The notes under the pieces: model-generated
Told to the model about the DNA's origin: nothing
The model's database searches: none
The model's input: the letters and a program-made list of their open reading frames with translations, nothing else
Made by a program: the position numbers and the translations under genes
In this document: one piece after another, positions 18,525 through 33,400 of the stretch
Numbering within the stretch: the stretch's first letter is position 1
Layout of the letters: the number at the start of each line of letters is the position of its first letter
NCBI GenBank assembly: GCA_963813715.1
Contig: CAWFAK010000007.1
Span: 96,001-160,000, forward strand
DNA length: 64,000 bases
Direction: 5' to 3'
Source of the DNA: an uncultured Planctomycetaceae bacterium
GTDB taxonomy: Bacteria > Planctomycetota > Planctomycetia > Planctomycetales > Planctomycetaceae

Positions 18525-19337
18525 CTAGCGGATGGTCGACGGGCCCGGTGATTCCTTCTTCGGCCGAATCTGGTAGTTCCGCCGCGACTGGTCGAACTCC
18601 AGCTCGATCATTTTGCTCTCGGCGGCGTCTTCCAAGAGTTCGGAGAAGCTGTTGTAGCCGTAGTAGCCCTCGTTGAAGCCGGGATAAACCCGGCGGATGA
18701 CTTGCTTGAGCATCGAGCCCCAGATGGGGTCGTAGTCCTGTTCGAGCGAGTGGACGACTTCCAGCAGGCGGTCGAGCGCTTCCTGCTTTTTGTCCTCGCG
18801 CCGCTTGACCCCCTTCTTTGGGGCGGCCGCGGCCGTGCCCTTTTGGGCCGTCCGCACCAGGTCGTCGTAATAGATGAACTCGTCGCAGTTGGCGATCAGG
18901 AGGTCCGAGGTGGAGCTTTTCACGCCGCAGCCGATCACCCGGTTGTTGTTTTCCTTGAGCTTGGAGACCAGCGGGGAAAAGTCGCTGTCGCCGGAGACGA
19001 GGGCGAAGACGTCGATGTGGTTCTTGGAATAGCACAGGTCCATGGCGTCGACGACCATGCGGATGTCGGCGCTGTTCTTGCCGCTCATCTTGCTCTGGGG
19101 GATGTCGATCAGTTCGATCCCCTGGGAGTGGAACTCGCGGATGGCGTCGCGGTAATGGCTCCAGTCGCAATAGGCCCGCTTGAAGACGATGCGGCCTTTT
19201 TCCAGGAGCCGTTTGAGGACGAGTTGGATTTTGAAGTCACCCGTTTTCATGCCGCGAACGCCGATGGCAAGATTCTCGAAGTCGATAAAGACGGCGATCA
19301 GCGGTTCGTCGGAGCGAGTCAGGCCTGTTGCGCTCAA
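18525..19337 (-). CDS. NYN (LabA/DUF88 PIN) domain protein with C-terminal OST-HTH/LOTUS domain
   Basis: AVFIDFEN, GKNSADI, SGDSDFSPL, ANCDEFIYY; FNEGYYGYNSFSELL; start inferred at TTG 19337. Confidence 0.9.
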   Translation of the reverse strand: MSATGLTRSDEPLIAVFIDFENLAIGVRGMKTGDFKIQLVLKRLLEKGRIVFKRAYCDWSHYRDAIREFHSQGIELIDIPQSKMSGKNSADIRMVVDAMDLCYSKNHIDVFALVSGDSDFSPLVSKLKENNNRVIGCGVKSSTSDLLIANCDEFIYYDDLVRTAQKGTAAAAPKKGVKRREDKKQEALDRLLEVVHSLEQDYDPIWGSMLKQVIRRVYPGFNEGYYGYNSFSELLEDAAESKMIELEFDQSRRNYQIRPKKESPGPSTIR

Positions 19338-19454
19338 GCGATGGCCCTCGTGGGATTCGATCGATGGGAGGGGCTGTTCGGACGAAAGGATAAGAGAAGT
19401 GTGCGAAAGCGGCAAGCGCGTCTGGCTGGATCCCGCGACGGCAACCTGTTGGCG

Positions 19455-21366
19455 CTACCGCCTTTGACGCGCCTGCATCTGCCGGGTGATGGCGATCTCT
19501 TTGCGAGCGACCTCGTAATGCGGGTCGATCTCGAGCAGCCGTTCGAGCTCTTGGACCGCCTCGTCGAACCGCCCCTCCCCGCGGAGGGCCACGGCAATGT
19601 AGTGGTAGCAGTCGATCTGTTTCGGATCGAGGGCCAGTGCCCGTTTTCCATGGCGAATCGCGGCGGCGTAATCCCGCGTCTTCGCGCACAAGAGCGACAG
19701 GTTCGCCTCGGCATTGGCCAGGTTCGGATCGATTTGGACGGCCCGTTCGAGCTGGCGGCGGGCCTCGGCGTCTCTGATGGCGGTCCATCAACAGGACGGC
19801 GAAATCGTTGTGCGTTTGGGCCGAATTGTCGTCCAGCTCGAGTGCCGCTTGGTAATGCTCGATCGCTTCGTCGCCGCGGCCCGTTTTATCCAGGGCGCCG
19901 GCCAGCTTGTATTGCAGCACGGCCGACGGCGGCGCGAGGCGAATGGCCGACTCGAGCTCGGGGATCGCCTTGTCGGGTTGTTCTGCATACAGATAGGCGG
20001 CCGCCAGGTATTGGTGCGGCGTCGGGTGATCGGGCAGGACGGCCGCCTCATGGCTGAGCAGGCGAATCGAGTCGTGCCAATAGCCGATCTGATGAAACGA
20101 AACAGCCGCGAACGCTGCCAGCGCGACGACGGCTACCGCCGGAACGATTCGCGTCCGCGGCACACCCACCGGCGTTCCGTCCGCGACGAGCCAGGTCACC
20201 GCCAGGAAGATGCCAATCAGCGGGAAGTAGGTGTAGCGGTCGGCCATCTGCTGCCCACCGATCTGCACCAAGCCGATCAATGGCACCAGCGTGCCCAAGT
20301 ACCACGACCAGCCGACGAACACGTACGGCCGTCGCCGGAGGCAATAGAGGGCAAACGCCGAGATCGCCAGCAACAGCACGCCGGCAGCAAGCACGTCGGC
20401 CCAGCCGAGTCGAAAGCCCGGATGCGGATAATAGACCACCAGATTGACGGGAATCAGCGTCTTCCCCAGGTAGACCGCATAAACCACGACCGCGTTCATC
20501 AGCCGCAGAGAGAGCGGCAGCGCCTCGACGACGGCCCCGCCGTGCGACTGCGCGTACGAGGCCACGGCCGAGAAGATCGCGGACAGGCCGAAGAACGGCA
20601 CCTTCTCCAGCAGCAGTCGGCCGAACGGCTGCGGCGATCCGGGCCGCTTGGGCTCCGCCGGCAAGCGGTCGGCCGTCGGCCCGAGCTGCATCCGGCCCAG
20701 CGGCCAGAGATCGAGCAGCAGAAAGACGAACGGCAGCGTCACCAGAGTTTGCTTGGCCATCAGGCTCAGCGCCAGACCGACGAAGGCCATGGCCAGATTG
20801 ACCCAGGCGGCGCCGACGCGCTGGGCATAACGCACATAGGCCCACAGCGAGATCATCCCGAAGAAGATGCTCAGCACGTCCTTGCGTTCGGCGATCCACG
20901 CCACCGACTCCACGTGCAGCGGATGCAGGGCAAACAGGGCCGCCACGAACGCGCTGGGCAGATCGCGGCCTGTGGCCTGGGCCAGCGACCAGAACAAGAG
21001 CACGACACACGCCGCGTGCAACAGCGTATTGGTGATGTGGAACCCGCTCGCCCGACCGCCGTACAGATCGACGTCGAGCATCAGCGAGATCCAGGTCAGC
21101 GGGATCCAGTTGGAATCGTGGACGGAAGTAAAGCTCCAGGCGACGTTCCGCGCGGTGAGCCCGGTCGTCACATGAACGTTATCGATGACATAGACCGGGT
21201 CGTCGATCGAGAGTGCCCCGTACCACCACGTCGGGCCATACAGCGCCAGCGACCCGACCGTCAGCAGCAGCGCGAGCAGCAGTCGGCGTTTGGGCCAACC
21301 CCCAACGTTCGACCGCTCGACTGCGACCGCGGGGCTCGGAACTTTCTGCGACCGACGACTCATCAC
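19455..21366 (-). CDS. Multi-TM GT-C-like (TMTC-like) protein with C-terminal TPRs; frameshift near 19780
   Basis: SIDDPVYV, WIPLTWIS, HPLHVESVAWIAERKDVL, MADRYTY; last TPRs are in ORF 19455..19691. Confidence 0.85.
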
Positions 21367-21426
21367 GCTACCGGTTGGGCCACGCCGGAAGAGGACCGGA
21401 CGCCGATCGCTGCGCCGGGCCGACCA

Positions 21427-24099
<2,673 letters not shown>

Positions 24100-24352
24100 C
24101 GTCGTTCTCCTGGTCACTGTCCCCGGTCACTGCGGGCAGCCGCCGCGATCGGTAGCGAGCCTCTGCCGCACCGCTACAATCAGCGGCGAACAGCACGGCT
24201 GGCAGCGGCCAGCGGCACGGGCCCTCGAGACGTTCATCGTTGTTCTTCGGGCCGACATTGTATTGTATGGCCGGGAGGCGGCAAAGCCGCGCGACGCATC
24301 CTGCTGCAACAGAAAAACCACACCCATGAAGAATGAGCCGAAGGGGATTTCG

Positions 24353-26280
24353 ATGCTGCACGCTTTGGCGACGATCGTGCTTCTGTCTGTGGTTCGCGCC
24401 GCCGCGCGGAGGAAATCGACCCCATCAAGCCGCCCGCCATTGCGACGCAAAGCGTGCCCATCGTTCCCGAGACGATCGCCGACCGGCTTCGCCAATTCCA
24501 GAACGTCCGCACGGCCGTGTTTCACGGCTGGGCGCCGGACGGCAAGGGTCTGCTGATCGCCACGCGGTTCGGCAACACGATGCAGCTGCACCGCGTTTAT
24601 GAGCCGGGCGGCCGCCGGGAGCAGGTGACGTTCTTCGACGAACCGGCCAACGGGCACACGCTCCGGGCTGCCACCGACGGCGCCCTGCTCGTGTCTATGA
24701 GCGAAGGCGGCAGCGAACGCGACCAGGTCTTTTGCCTCGAGCCCCGCACCGGACGCGTGACGCGGCTCACCGACGGCCGCTCGCGCAACCAGGTGCAGGC
24801 GGTCAGCCGCGATGGCACCAAGATCGTCATCGCCAGCAACGAGCGCAACGGCCGTGATACCGATCTGTTTACCGCCAATCCGCGGCTCGCCGGCTCGATG
24901 CGGCCCCTCTATCGGGCTCGCGGCGAGTTTTGGAACGCGCAGGACTGGTCGGCCGACACCTCGCACCTTCTGATGAGCCGCTACGTGTCGATCAACGAGT
25001 CGTACCCGGCCATCCTCGACACGGCGAACGGCCAGACGGTCGCGATTCCTTCCCCGGGCCCGTCGCCGACGGCCTTCGGCCCAATGAGGTATTCCGCCGA
25101 CTCGAAGTCGATCTATCTATCGAGCGATGCCCGCAGCGAGTTTTTGCAACTCGCTCGGGTCGACGCCGAAACGCTCAAATACACCTGGCTCACCGACGGC
25201 ATTCACTGGGACGTGGAAGAGATCGCCGTCGACCCGCATTCCGGCCGCGTGGCCTTCACGGTGAACGAAGACGGCCTGAGCACCCTCTATTTGCTGGAAA
25301 ACGATCAGCCCAAGCGATTGCCGGTCGAGCCGGGCATCATCACGGGGATCGAGTTCTCGCCCGACGGCGGCAAGCTGGGGTTCACCCTGGCTCGCCCCGA
25401 GGCGCCGTCCGACGTCTTCTCGCTAACCCTGGCCGACGGCCAACTGACGCGGTGGACGTTTAGCGAGGTGGGGGGGCTCGATCCGTCGACCTTCGTCGCG
25501 CCGCAGACGATCCACTACAAGTCGTTCGACTCCCGCCAGATACCGGCCTACGTCTACAAGCCGCGCGACGCGTCTCCGCAGCACCCGGTGGCCGTGCTGA
25601 TCAACATTCACGGCGGTCCCGAAGGCCAGTTTCGCCCGACCTTTACCGGCATGGAACAGTTCTTCGTCAACGAGCTGGGGCTGGCGGTGATCGCTCCCAA
25701 CGTCCGGGGTTCGTCGGGCTACGGGAAGACCTATCTCAAGCTGGATAACGCCGAACTCCGCGAAGACAGCGTCCGCGATATCGGCGCCCTGCTCGACTGG
25801 ATCGCCACCCAGCCGGAGCTCGACGCCAAACGGGTGGCGGTCTACGGCGGATCGTACGGCGGTTACATGGTGCTGGCCTCGCTCACGCATTACAGCGACC
25901 GCATTCGGGCGGGGGTCGACATCGTCGGCGTCGCCAGCTTCAACACCATGCTCAAGACGACGAGTGCCTACCGGCAGGACCTCCGCCGGGCCGAATATGG
26001 CGACGAACGCGACCCCAAGATGCGGGCCTTCTTCACCCGGATCGACCCGCTCAACAACGCCCAAAAAATCCACTCGGCGTTGCTCGTCGCCCACGGGCGG
26101 AACGACCCCCGCGTCCCCTTCACCGAGGCCCAGCAAATCGTCGCCAAGGTAAGGGCCAACGGCAAAACAGTCTGGACAATCTACGCGAATAACGAAGGTC
26201 ACGGGTTCCAGAAAAAGGCCAATCGCGATTATCTCAACGCGGCGATCGCCCTGTTTCTCAAACAGAATCTGGGTCCCTGA
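24353..26280 (+). CDS. S9 prolyl oligopeptidase-family serine peptidase; frameshift after signal peptide near 24410
   Basis: Beta-propeller region, IHGGPE, GGSYGG nucleophile, NDPRV and EGHGF triad motifs. Confidence 0.92.
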
Positions 26281-26537
26281 GGCCGGCCACGGCGGTTTAA
26301 GCCGTATGATCCCAGCGAGTTGCTGCCTCTGCTGCGCGGCCCCTACGGCTCACTCCACGTCGTCCCAAACCGTATACTGGTAACGATTTGTTCGCTGCCG
26401 GTCGGATTCTGATATGCACAAATGTCTGACTAAAGAATCTGTAACGAAGCGCCCGCAAAGTTGATTTTACTTGCCCAGCTTGTTGCCATTGGTCCGTTCT
26501 AAATCGACCTCTCTTCAACAACGGAGGAAGAACGCCA

Positions 26538-27281
26538 ATGACTGCAGTTGCCTACATCGCACTTTCGTTCGCAACGTTGCTGCCGGCGCCGGGCCAGAAG
26601 GTTTACACGGAGTACTATCCAGCATTCGTCGCTGCCCGCAGTTCGGGCAAGATGCTGCTGGTCGACTTCGGGACCGACTTCGACTTCAAGACCGTCGATG
26701 CGAAAAGTCTCGAAGGCTACGTGATCTGCCATGTCCCGGTCGACTACAAGCTGAAGATCGACGGGAAGATGGCCCGCCTGATCGACGCCCCGGCCTTTTA
26801 CTGTCTCCAACAACAGCCCGGCATTGTCGTCGTCGACCTGCATAACAAGGAGCACTTTCGCGAAACTGTGAGCGTCCTGCCGCAGCGTTACGTGGCGGCT
26901 TATTACGTCGGGGCGCTGCTCGACCTGCCGTCGGGGACGATTACTCAACGGACGTTGACCTGGGCCTTCCGGGTGCACCAGGAACATCCGCCTTGCACGA
27001 ACGGCATGGCTGATCCCGGCATGATGCAGCATGCCGACGTCCACTCACTGAATCAGGCCAATTCCAACTCGATGTACCACTCCGGCAATTTCCCGGGGAG
27101 CTTCGAGATCGTCGCTCAATCGATGGGCGGCGGGAACATGGCTGACATCGCCGTCGAACTCGTGAATCTCTGGCGGAGTTCGGCCCCGCACTGGGGTGCG
27201 GCCATCACGCCGTGGTCGGCCTACGGCGTCGACATGCAGACGAACGGCAGCGTCTGGTACGCCACGGGCGTCTTCCGCTAA
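26538..27281 (+). CDS. Secreted protein with C-terminal CAP/SCP-like domain
   Basis: RBS GGAGG; signal-like N-terminus; EIVAQS...VNLWRSSAPHW...YGVDM...WYATGVF resembles the CAP fold. Confidence 0.7.
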   Translation: MTAVAYIALSFATLLPAPGQKVYTEYYPAFVAARSSGKMLLVDFGTDFDFKTVDAKSLEGYVICHVPVDYKLKIDGKMARLIDAPAFYCLQQQPGIVVVDLHNKEHFRETVSVLPQRYVAAYYVGALLDLPSGTITQRTLTWAFRVHQEHPPCTNGMADPGMMQHADVHSLNQANSNSMYHSGNFPGSFEIVAQSMGGGNMADIAVELVNLWRSSAPHWGAAITPWSAYGVDMQTNGSVWYATGVFR

Positions 27282-27543
27282 GACACTGCCGCCCAAGACC
27301 GGGCGACCACACGGATCGATTTCGGGCGGCGGCCTCGCGAGCAACGCGCGGGGCCGCCGCACTTTATTTTTGGGCGAGATGGTTCCAAGCTCGCTCGGCG
27401 TGCGGACTTCTCTCCGCCATTCTGCCGCGGGTCCAACGCTCGCTTGTGGTATGCTCAAGAAAAGAGCTGGACACAAGCATCGTGTCGAGGCGTGTCGCCA
27501 AGTCCGGTGCTTTCCGCGGCGGCGTATAGTTCAGGAGCGGCCG

Positions 27544-29031
27544 GTGGTTCGCAGTTGTCCCAATTTCATCGCCGGCGAACGTCGGCCGTCGCGGGCGACC
27601 CAGCAGTTGCCGGTGACCAATCCGGCGACGGGCGAAGTCCTGACCGATCTGCCTCTCTCGGCGGGGGACGAAATCGACGACGCCGTCGCCAGCGCCCGCG
27701 AGGCCTTCCGCACCTGGAGCGAAACGCCCGTTATGGAGCGGGCCCGCGTGCTCTTCCGCTTCAAGCAGAAGCTCGAGGAGGCCCGCAACGAGCTGGTCGA
27801 GCTGGTCGTCCTCGACAACGGCAAGACGCTGGCCGAGGCCCAGGGCGAGGTCCAGCGGGGCATCGAAGTCGTCGAATTCGCCACCGGTATCCCGGCTCAC
27901 ATCCTGGGAACCGTGGCGGAAGACGTCGCCCGCGGCATCGACTGCGAGATGCTCCGCCAGCCGCTGGGAGTGGCGGCCGGTTTCACGCCGTTCAACTTTC
28001 CCGTGATGGTGCCGCTCTGGATGATTCCCGTGGCGGTGGCCTGCGGCAACACGTTCGTGCTGAAACCGTCCGAGCGGTCACCCCTGCCGGCCGTCCGCCT
28101 CGCCGAGCTGTTCGCCGAGTGCGGAGCCCCGCCGGGGACGCTCAACGTCGTTCACGGAGCGTCGGAGACGGCCGAGCGACTGCTGACGCACCCGAACGTG
28201 GCTGCGGCCTCAGTCGTCGGGTCGAGCCCGGTCGCCAAGCACGTTTATGCGACGGCGGCCGCCAGCGGCAAACGAGTGCAGGCGCTTGGCGGGGCGAAGA
28301 ACGCCCTGGTCGTCATGCCCGATGCCGACCTCAATGCCACGGTCGAATCGATCGTGACGTCCGCCTTCGGCTGTGCGGGTCAACGGTGCCTGGCCGGCTC
28401 GAATCTGTTTGCGGTGGGCGACATTGCCGAGCGGCTGGCCGAGTCGCTCTGTGCGGCGGCGTCCCGGCTCAAGCTGGGACCGGGCATCGATCCGTCGACC
28501 AAGATGGGGCCGGTGATCACCGCGCAGGCCAAGGATCGTGTCCACAGCTACGTCGATGCCGGTGTGACAGCCGGAGCCCGCCTGCGGCTCGACGGTCGAC
28601 GCGCGCAGGTCGCGGCCTGCCCCGGCGGGTACTTCATCGGCCCCACAATCTTCGACGATGTCGTGCCGGAGATGGCAATCGCTCGCGACGAGATCTTCGG
28701 CCCGGTCGTCACGATCCTTCGCGTCAAAAACCTGGACGAAGCGATCGAGCGCGTGAACGCCAGCCCGTTCGGCAACTCGGCCAGTCTCTATACGACGAGC
28801 GGCGGCGCCGCGCGGGTCTTCCGCAAGCGGATCGAGGCGGGCATGCTGGGCATCAACCTGGGCGTGCCCGCGCCGATGGCTTTCTTTCCCTTCAGCGGCT
28901 GGAAGGGCTCGTTCTTCGGCGACCTGCACGCTCAGGGGAAAGACGCGATCGATTTCTACACCCGCCGCAAAGTCGTGACGTCGCGATGGGGCGACAGCGA
29001 CGCCCTGTGGAAGTCGAGCAGCGCGAATTGA
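27544..29031 (+). CDS. mmsA: CoA-acylating methylmalonate-semialdehyde dehydrogenase
   Basis: PFNFPVMVPLW, LKPSE, RVQALGGAKN, GCAGQRCLA, EIFGPV, FSGWKGSFFGDLH; GTG start after CAGGAG. Confidence 0.93.
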   Translation: MVRSCPNFIAGERRPSRATQQLPVTNPATGEVLTDLPLSAGDEIDDAVASAREAFRTWSETPVMERARVLFRFKQKLEEARNELVELVVLDNGKTLAEAQGEVQRGIEVVEFATGIPAHILGTVAEDVARGIDCEMLRQPLGVAAGFTPFNFPVMVPLWMIPVAVACGNTFVLKPSERSPLPAVRLAELFAECGAPPGTLNVVHGASETAERLLTHPNVAAASVVGSSPVAKHVYATAAASGKRVQALGGAKNALVVMPDADLNATVESIVTSAFGCAGQRCLAGSNLFAVGDIAERLAESLCAAASRLKLGPGIDPSTKMGPVITAQAKDRVHSYVDAGVTAGARLRLDGRRAQVAACPGGYFIGPTIFDDVVPEMAIARDEIFGPVVTILRVKNLDEAIERVNASPFGNSASLYTTSGGAARVFRKRIEAGMLGINLGVPAPMAFFPFSGWKGSFFGDLHAQGKDAIDFYTRRKVVTSRWGDSDALWKSSSAN

Positions 29032-29065
29032 TCGCTGGCCGATCAGACACTGCGGCCCAGCGGCG

Positions 29066-30668
29066 TCACTCGGGTAGCGGTTGGCCGCGGGTTTCCGGCG
29101 CGAGCCAGATGATGGCCATCCCGATCACGTAGACGAGGCTCATCGTCGCGCACGCGTGAGCGTGCGACAGAACTTTGGTCGAGCCGAACTGGCTCAAGCT
29201 CATCAAGTTGCCCGATTGCAGCGCCCCGATCGCCGCGAGAATGCGGCCAAAATTGAAACTGAAGCCCTGCCCCGTCGCCCGCAGCCGCGTCGGAAAGAGC
29301 TCGGGCAAGTAGAGCGGCAGCCATCCGTAAAACGAGGCCGTCAGTCCGCCGACGAAAAACATCCCGATCAGCAGCGGCCAGCCGAATTCGCTGTTCCCGA
29401 GATAAAACGCCAGCGAGGCTGCCAGCGACCCCAGGCACAACAGCGTGTAGGTCGGCCGGCGACCGATCGCGTTACACAACAGGGCCCCCGCCAGCGTTCC
29501 AAAAATCGCGCCGAAGCCCGAGATGATCTGCGTGCGAGCGCTCGCCGCGGTGGGAGTGATGTCGCTCGAGCCGGCAGCGGCGACCCTGTCCAGCCGCCGG
29601 CGACGATTGTCGGGCCTCGACCAGCTTGGATGCCCAGCTCGGCGCCAGCTGCACCGAGGCCCACGTTCCGACCAGGGCCACGCCGCTCAAGCACGCGCCG
29701 AGCACCATCCGACGCAGCGTCGGGCTGATCGCGAGAGCTGGACCGCCCGACGCCGCGCCCGCCCGCACGAGGTAGCGAAACACCGGAAAAATGAAGCCGA
29801 CCACGGCCAGCGCCACCCCGACAATCGAACCGCCGATCCGCACGGCCGGCGAAAAGGAGCTGTCCGGCAGCCAGAGAAAGATCATGAACAGCGGTCCGGC
29901 CGTGCCAGCGAGCACGGCCAGCAAATCGCGGCTGGCCCAGTGCGACGTCGAGCCCTGGAGCTTCTCGTGCTGCCAGCGCTTCGATTCGGGGACGAGCAAT
30001 TGAATGAAGAACGTCAACAGCGCCGGCAGCGCTCCGACCAACATCATCAGCCGCCAGCCGGAATGCGCGACGAGCCGTTCGACCGAGTGCGGCGCCAGGC
30101 CGACGGCGAGCAACGTGTGCTCAGTGAAGCCGAGGAACTGGTTGAGGACCAGTCCGATCGCCGCGATCGCCAGAAAGCCGACGTTGGACGCCGCTCCGAT
30201 CAGGCCGGCCATCAGGCCCCGCGATTGGTCGGGCCAGACCTCCATCACCAGCGCCACCCCCAGCGACCACTCGCCCCCCATTCCCAGCGACGAGATGAAG
30301 CGAAACAAAAAGACCTGCTCGGGCGAATTGGCGATGCCGCACAGCCCCATGAAGACCGCGTAGGTGACGACCGAAAGGCTCATCGCCCGCACGCGGCCCA
30401 GACGGTCGCCCAGCCAGCCGAAGAGCACGCCGCCCGTCGCCGCACCGACCAGAAACCCTGCGATCATCAGGCCGAACCAGACGTCGACGTGCTTTTGCCC
30501 GGACTCGCCCAAGAGATCGATCAGCGCGGGCCGGCCGACGAGCGGAAAGAGGCCCATCTCGAAGCCGTCGAACATCCAGCCCAAAAAGGCGGCGGCCAGC
30601 GTGAGCCACTTGCCGCTCGACGAAGAAGCCGCGTTCGGTATTCCGCCTGGCGTCGATGCGAGCGTCAC
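29066..30668 (-). CDS. MFS transporter; frameshifts near 29490-29600
   Basis: GWMFDG, GWLGDRLGR, GMGGEW, LPELFPTRLRATG, APETRG; start approximate. Confidence 0.88.
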
Positions 30669-30864
30669 GCGCGGCTCTCTTGGCTTCGGCTGCAGGAGGG
30701 AGGCGTCCGCGCGATTCAGGACGCGGACCGACACGGCGGGAAAGAGCCGATTCTAACGCCGGACGCTCAACACGGCGAACGGCTCGAAGAGCGCAGCAGA
30801 AGATCGCACACTGCGGCCAGAGGGTCGGGCATCAACGATGCGCCGCTTGACGACCGATTCGTCG

Positions 30865-32221
30865 TCAGGCCAGCTCGTGCACCGGTTCGCGAACGTCGAC
30901 GAAATAGCGGGGCCGGCCGGTCGGGTCGGTCACCGTCGTCGTGTTCGGATCGATGCCCAGATTGGCGTAGATCGTCGAGACGATCTGCTGGATGTGGACC
31001 GGACGACTGACGGCGTATTCGCCCAGGCGATTCGTGGAGCCAATCGCCTGCCCGGTCCGCATGCCGCCGCCGGCCAACAAGGCGCAGCTGACGCGCGACC
31101 AGTGATCGCGGCCGGCTGCCTTGTTGATTCGCGGCGAGCGGCCAAACTCGCCCCACACGACGACGGTCGTCGTTTCCAGCAGTCCCCGCTCGTCGAGATC
31201 CTGCACGAGTGCGGTCACCGCCTGATCGAGCTTGGGGCCGTGGTCGCGAACCAGGCCGAAGTTATCGCCGTGGCTGTCCCAACGTCCGTACGACAGCGTG
31301 ACGCAGCGAACGCCGGCCTCGACGAGGCGGCGAGCGATCAGCAGATGGTGATTGACGGTCGGTGCGCCATCGTATTGGAAGTTGTACGGTTTGCCGTCGC
31401 CGTAGCGAGCGAGGATCCGCGGGTCTTCCTTGGTGAGATCGAGGGCGTCGGCCAGCTTGTTCGAGGTGAGCACGCCGAAGGCCGCGTTGGAGAACGCATC
31501 CATGCCCGCGAGCATGCCGCTCGAGTCGGCCGAACGCTTCAGATGATCGAGTCCCTTGAGCAAGGCCTTGCGGTCCTGCAGGCGATCGAGCGTCACGCCG
31601 TTCAAACGCAGGTCCGCCATCCCCTGCCCGTTCGGCCGGAAGGGCTGGTAGGCCGAGCCCAGAAAGCCGGGCGAGCCCGGTTCCGACCATTCCATGTGAC
31701 TGGTGTGCATCGGCCAGGGCGACGAACGGCGGAATCGACGGTTCGACCGGCCCCTGCACCTTGGAGATGATCGAGCCGATGCTGGGCCGTCCGCCGATCG
31801 AGACGCTGTCGCGGCGAGGCCAGCCGCTCATGCACTGGTATCCGTCGTGATTGTCGACGCAGCCCTCCACCGAGCGGATGATGGCAAACTTGTCCATCAT
31901 CGCGGCAATCCGCGGGAAGCACTCGCCGATCTGAATGCCGGGCACCTTGGTCGAAATCGGGCTGAACTCGCCGCGGATTTCTTTGGGCGCCTCGGTCTTG
32001 ATTTCCCACAGATCCTGGTGCGGCGGGCCGCCGGCCAGGAACACGTTGATCACCGCTCTCTGCCGCGACTTTTTCGGAGACGTGCTGGCGGCTTCGGCTC
32101 GCAGGATGGTCGGCAGGCCGACTCCGCCGACGGCGCTCATCGACAGTCCGCCGATTTTCAAAAACGTGCGGCGCGAGAGACCGTCACAGTAGGGAGTGGT
32201 AGGCCCAAGTAGCGTCAGCAT
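30865..32221 (-). CDS. DUF1501 family protein; frameshift near 31715
   Basis: SRRTFLK twin-arginine-like leader, [30 protein letters not shown]. Confidence 0.9.
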
Positions 32222-32761
32222 CGAAGGTCTGTTTCCTCGAAGGATGCCGGATCCGGTGGGTGGGCTCGTCGGAAGCGCTTGGCGAGGGTGTGCAGTTGAC
32301 AGCGCGGGGCAAAAAAGTCAGTCAGGCGGCAATATCATCAGGCGGCAATGAGGCGGGCGATCCCAGGCGGGACGTCAGACAGCGACGGATGTCGAAGTGC
32401 AAAGCACCGAAGTCGAGCACAAAACACTTCAACGAACGTTGATGCCTGACTTCAGAATAAATCGACCGGCGGCAGCCGTCAAGAGCAGCGAAACCGTTGC
32501 CCCTTGCCAAATTCCGACGCGAATCGGAGTTGAAATCTCAAGATTATTTCACGGGCGCCGGGGGGCGCGACGGCAGGCGTTCTCGTGGCAACGGTTGGTT
32601 GTGCTGTCGGCGCCGTATCTGGACCCGCAGCGGTGACGATTGTTCGCTTCCCAGCGAGGGCATAGACTCTGAGAGATCGGACTTTTCCGCTCCGCCGTTC
32701 TCACGCGCTTGATTCGCCGCGGGCCCAGCGAAACCTCTCTTCATTCGGGGCTCGATTCCTC

Positions 32762-33391
32762 ATGTGCCCAATCGCGACCGGCGAACCCGGCAGTCTCCAC
32801 CCGCACTCACTCAGCCGAAAAAAAGCTGTCCAGATGGCCGGCGTGATTGCGTTGGTCGTGGCGGCCGGGGTCGGGGGCGCCTTCTACTACTATCGCTACG
32901 GCGACAAGACGACCACCGATTTCAACGTCGTCGGCTCCGAGATGAAGGAGACGCTCAAGATCGATGTGCCGCCGCGGCTGTCTCCCAAGTTCATGGTGAC
33001 GCGGCCCGATGTGATGACAATGATCGTCTTCACGCCGTTCAAAGAGACGGCCGATCCGGCATGCCTGGCCGTCGTCCGTTGTCTGCCGGAATGGGCGCAC
33101 GAAAAGGGAAACCGCCCGAACCAGGTGCTGCAGTCCGCCATGCAGCAGTATTTTCCGCAGTTCGAGACCGAGCGCTGGAAAGACACCGAGACCCGCGAGG
33201 TTTCGATTCGCGGCCAAGACGAACAAGTCAAAGTCGCCACGTCTTATCGTGTGGAAGATCACAAGGAAGTGCGGATCGTCAGCATCGAGAATCTGGTCAC
33301 GGACAAGGGGCCGATCGCGCTGTACTATCAAACGCCGATCACCTCCACGGCCGACGACGACATCGAGATCATGCTCAAGTCGCTGAATTGA
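32762..33391 (+). CDS. Hypothetical membrane-anchored protein (start 32762 or 32834)
   Basis: Single N-terminal TM; GC3-rich codons; ends 9 bp before the P450 start. Confidence 0.75.
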   Translation: MCPIATGEPGSLHPHSLSRKKAVQMAGVIALVVAAGVGGAFYYYRYGDKTTTDFNVVGSEMKETLKIDVPPRLSPKFMVTRPDVMTMIVFTPFKETADPACLAVVRCLPEWAHEKGNRPNQVLQSAMQQYFPQFETERWKDTETREVSIRGQDEQVKVATSYRVEDHKEVRIVSIENLVTDKGPIALYYQTPITSTADDDIEIMLKSLN

Positions 33392-33400
33392 GGCGCCGCC

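Noticed and set aside
18525..19337. NYN/LOTUS gene near hicAB as a defence island
   Set aside because: NYN-LOTUS genes are widespread stand-alone genes, and the neighbours are housekeeping genes.
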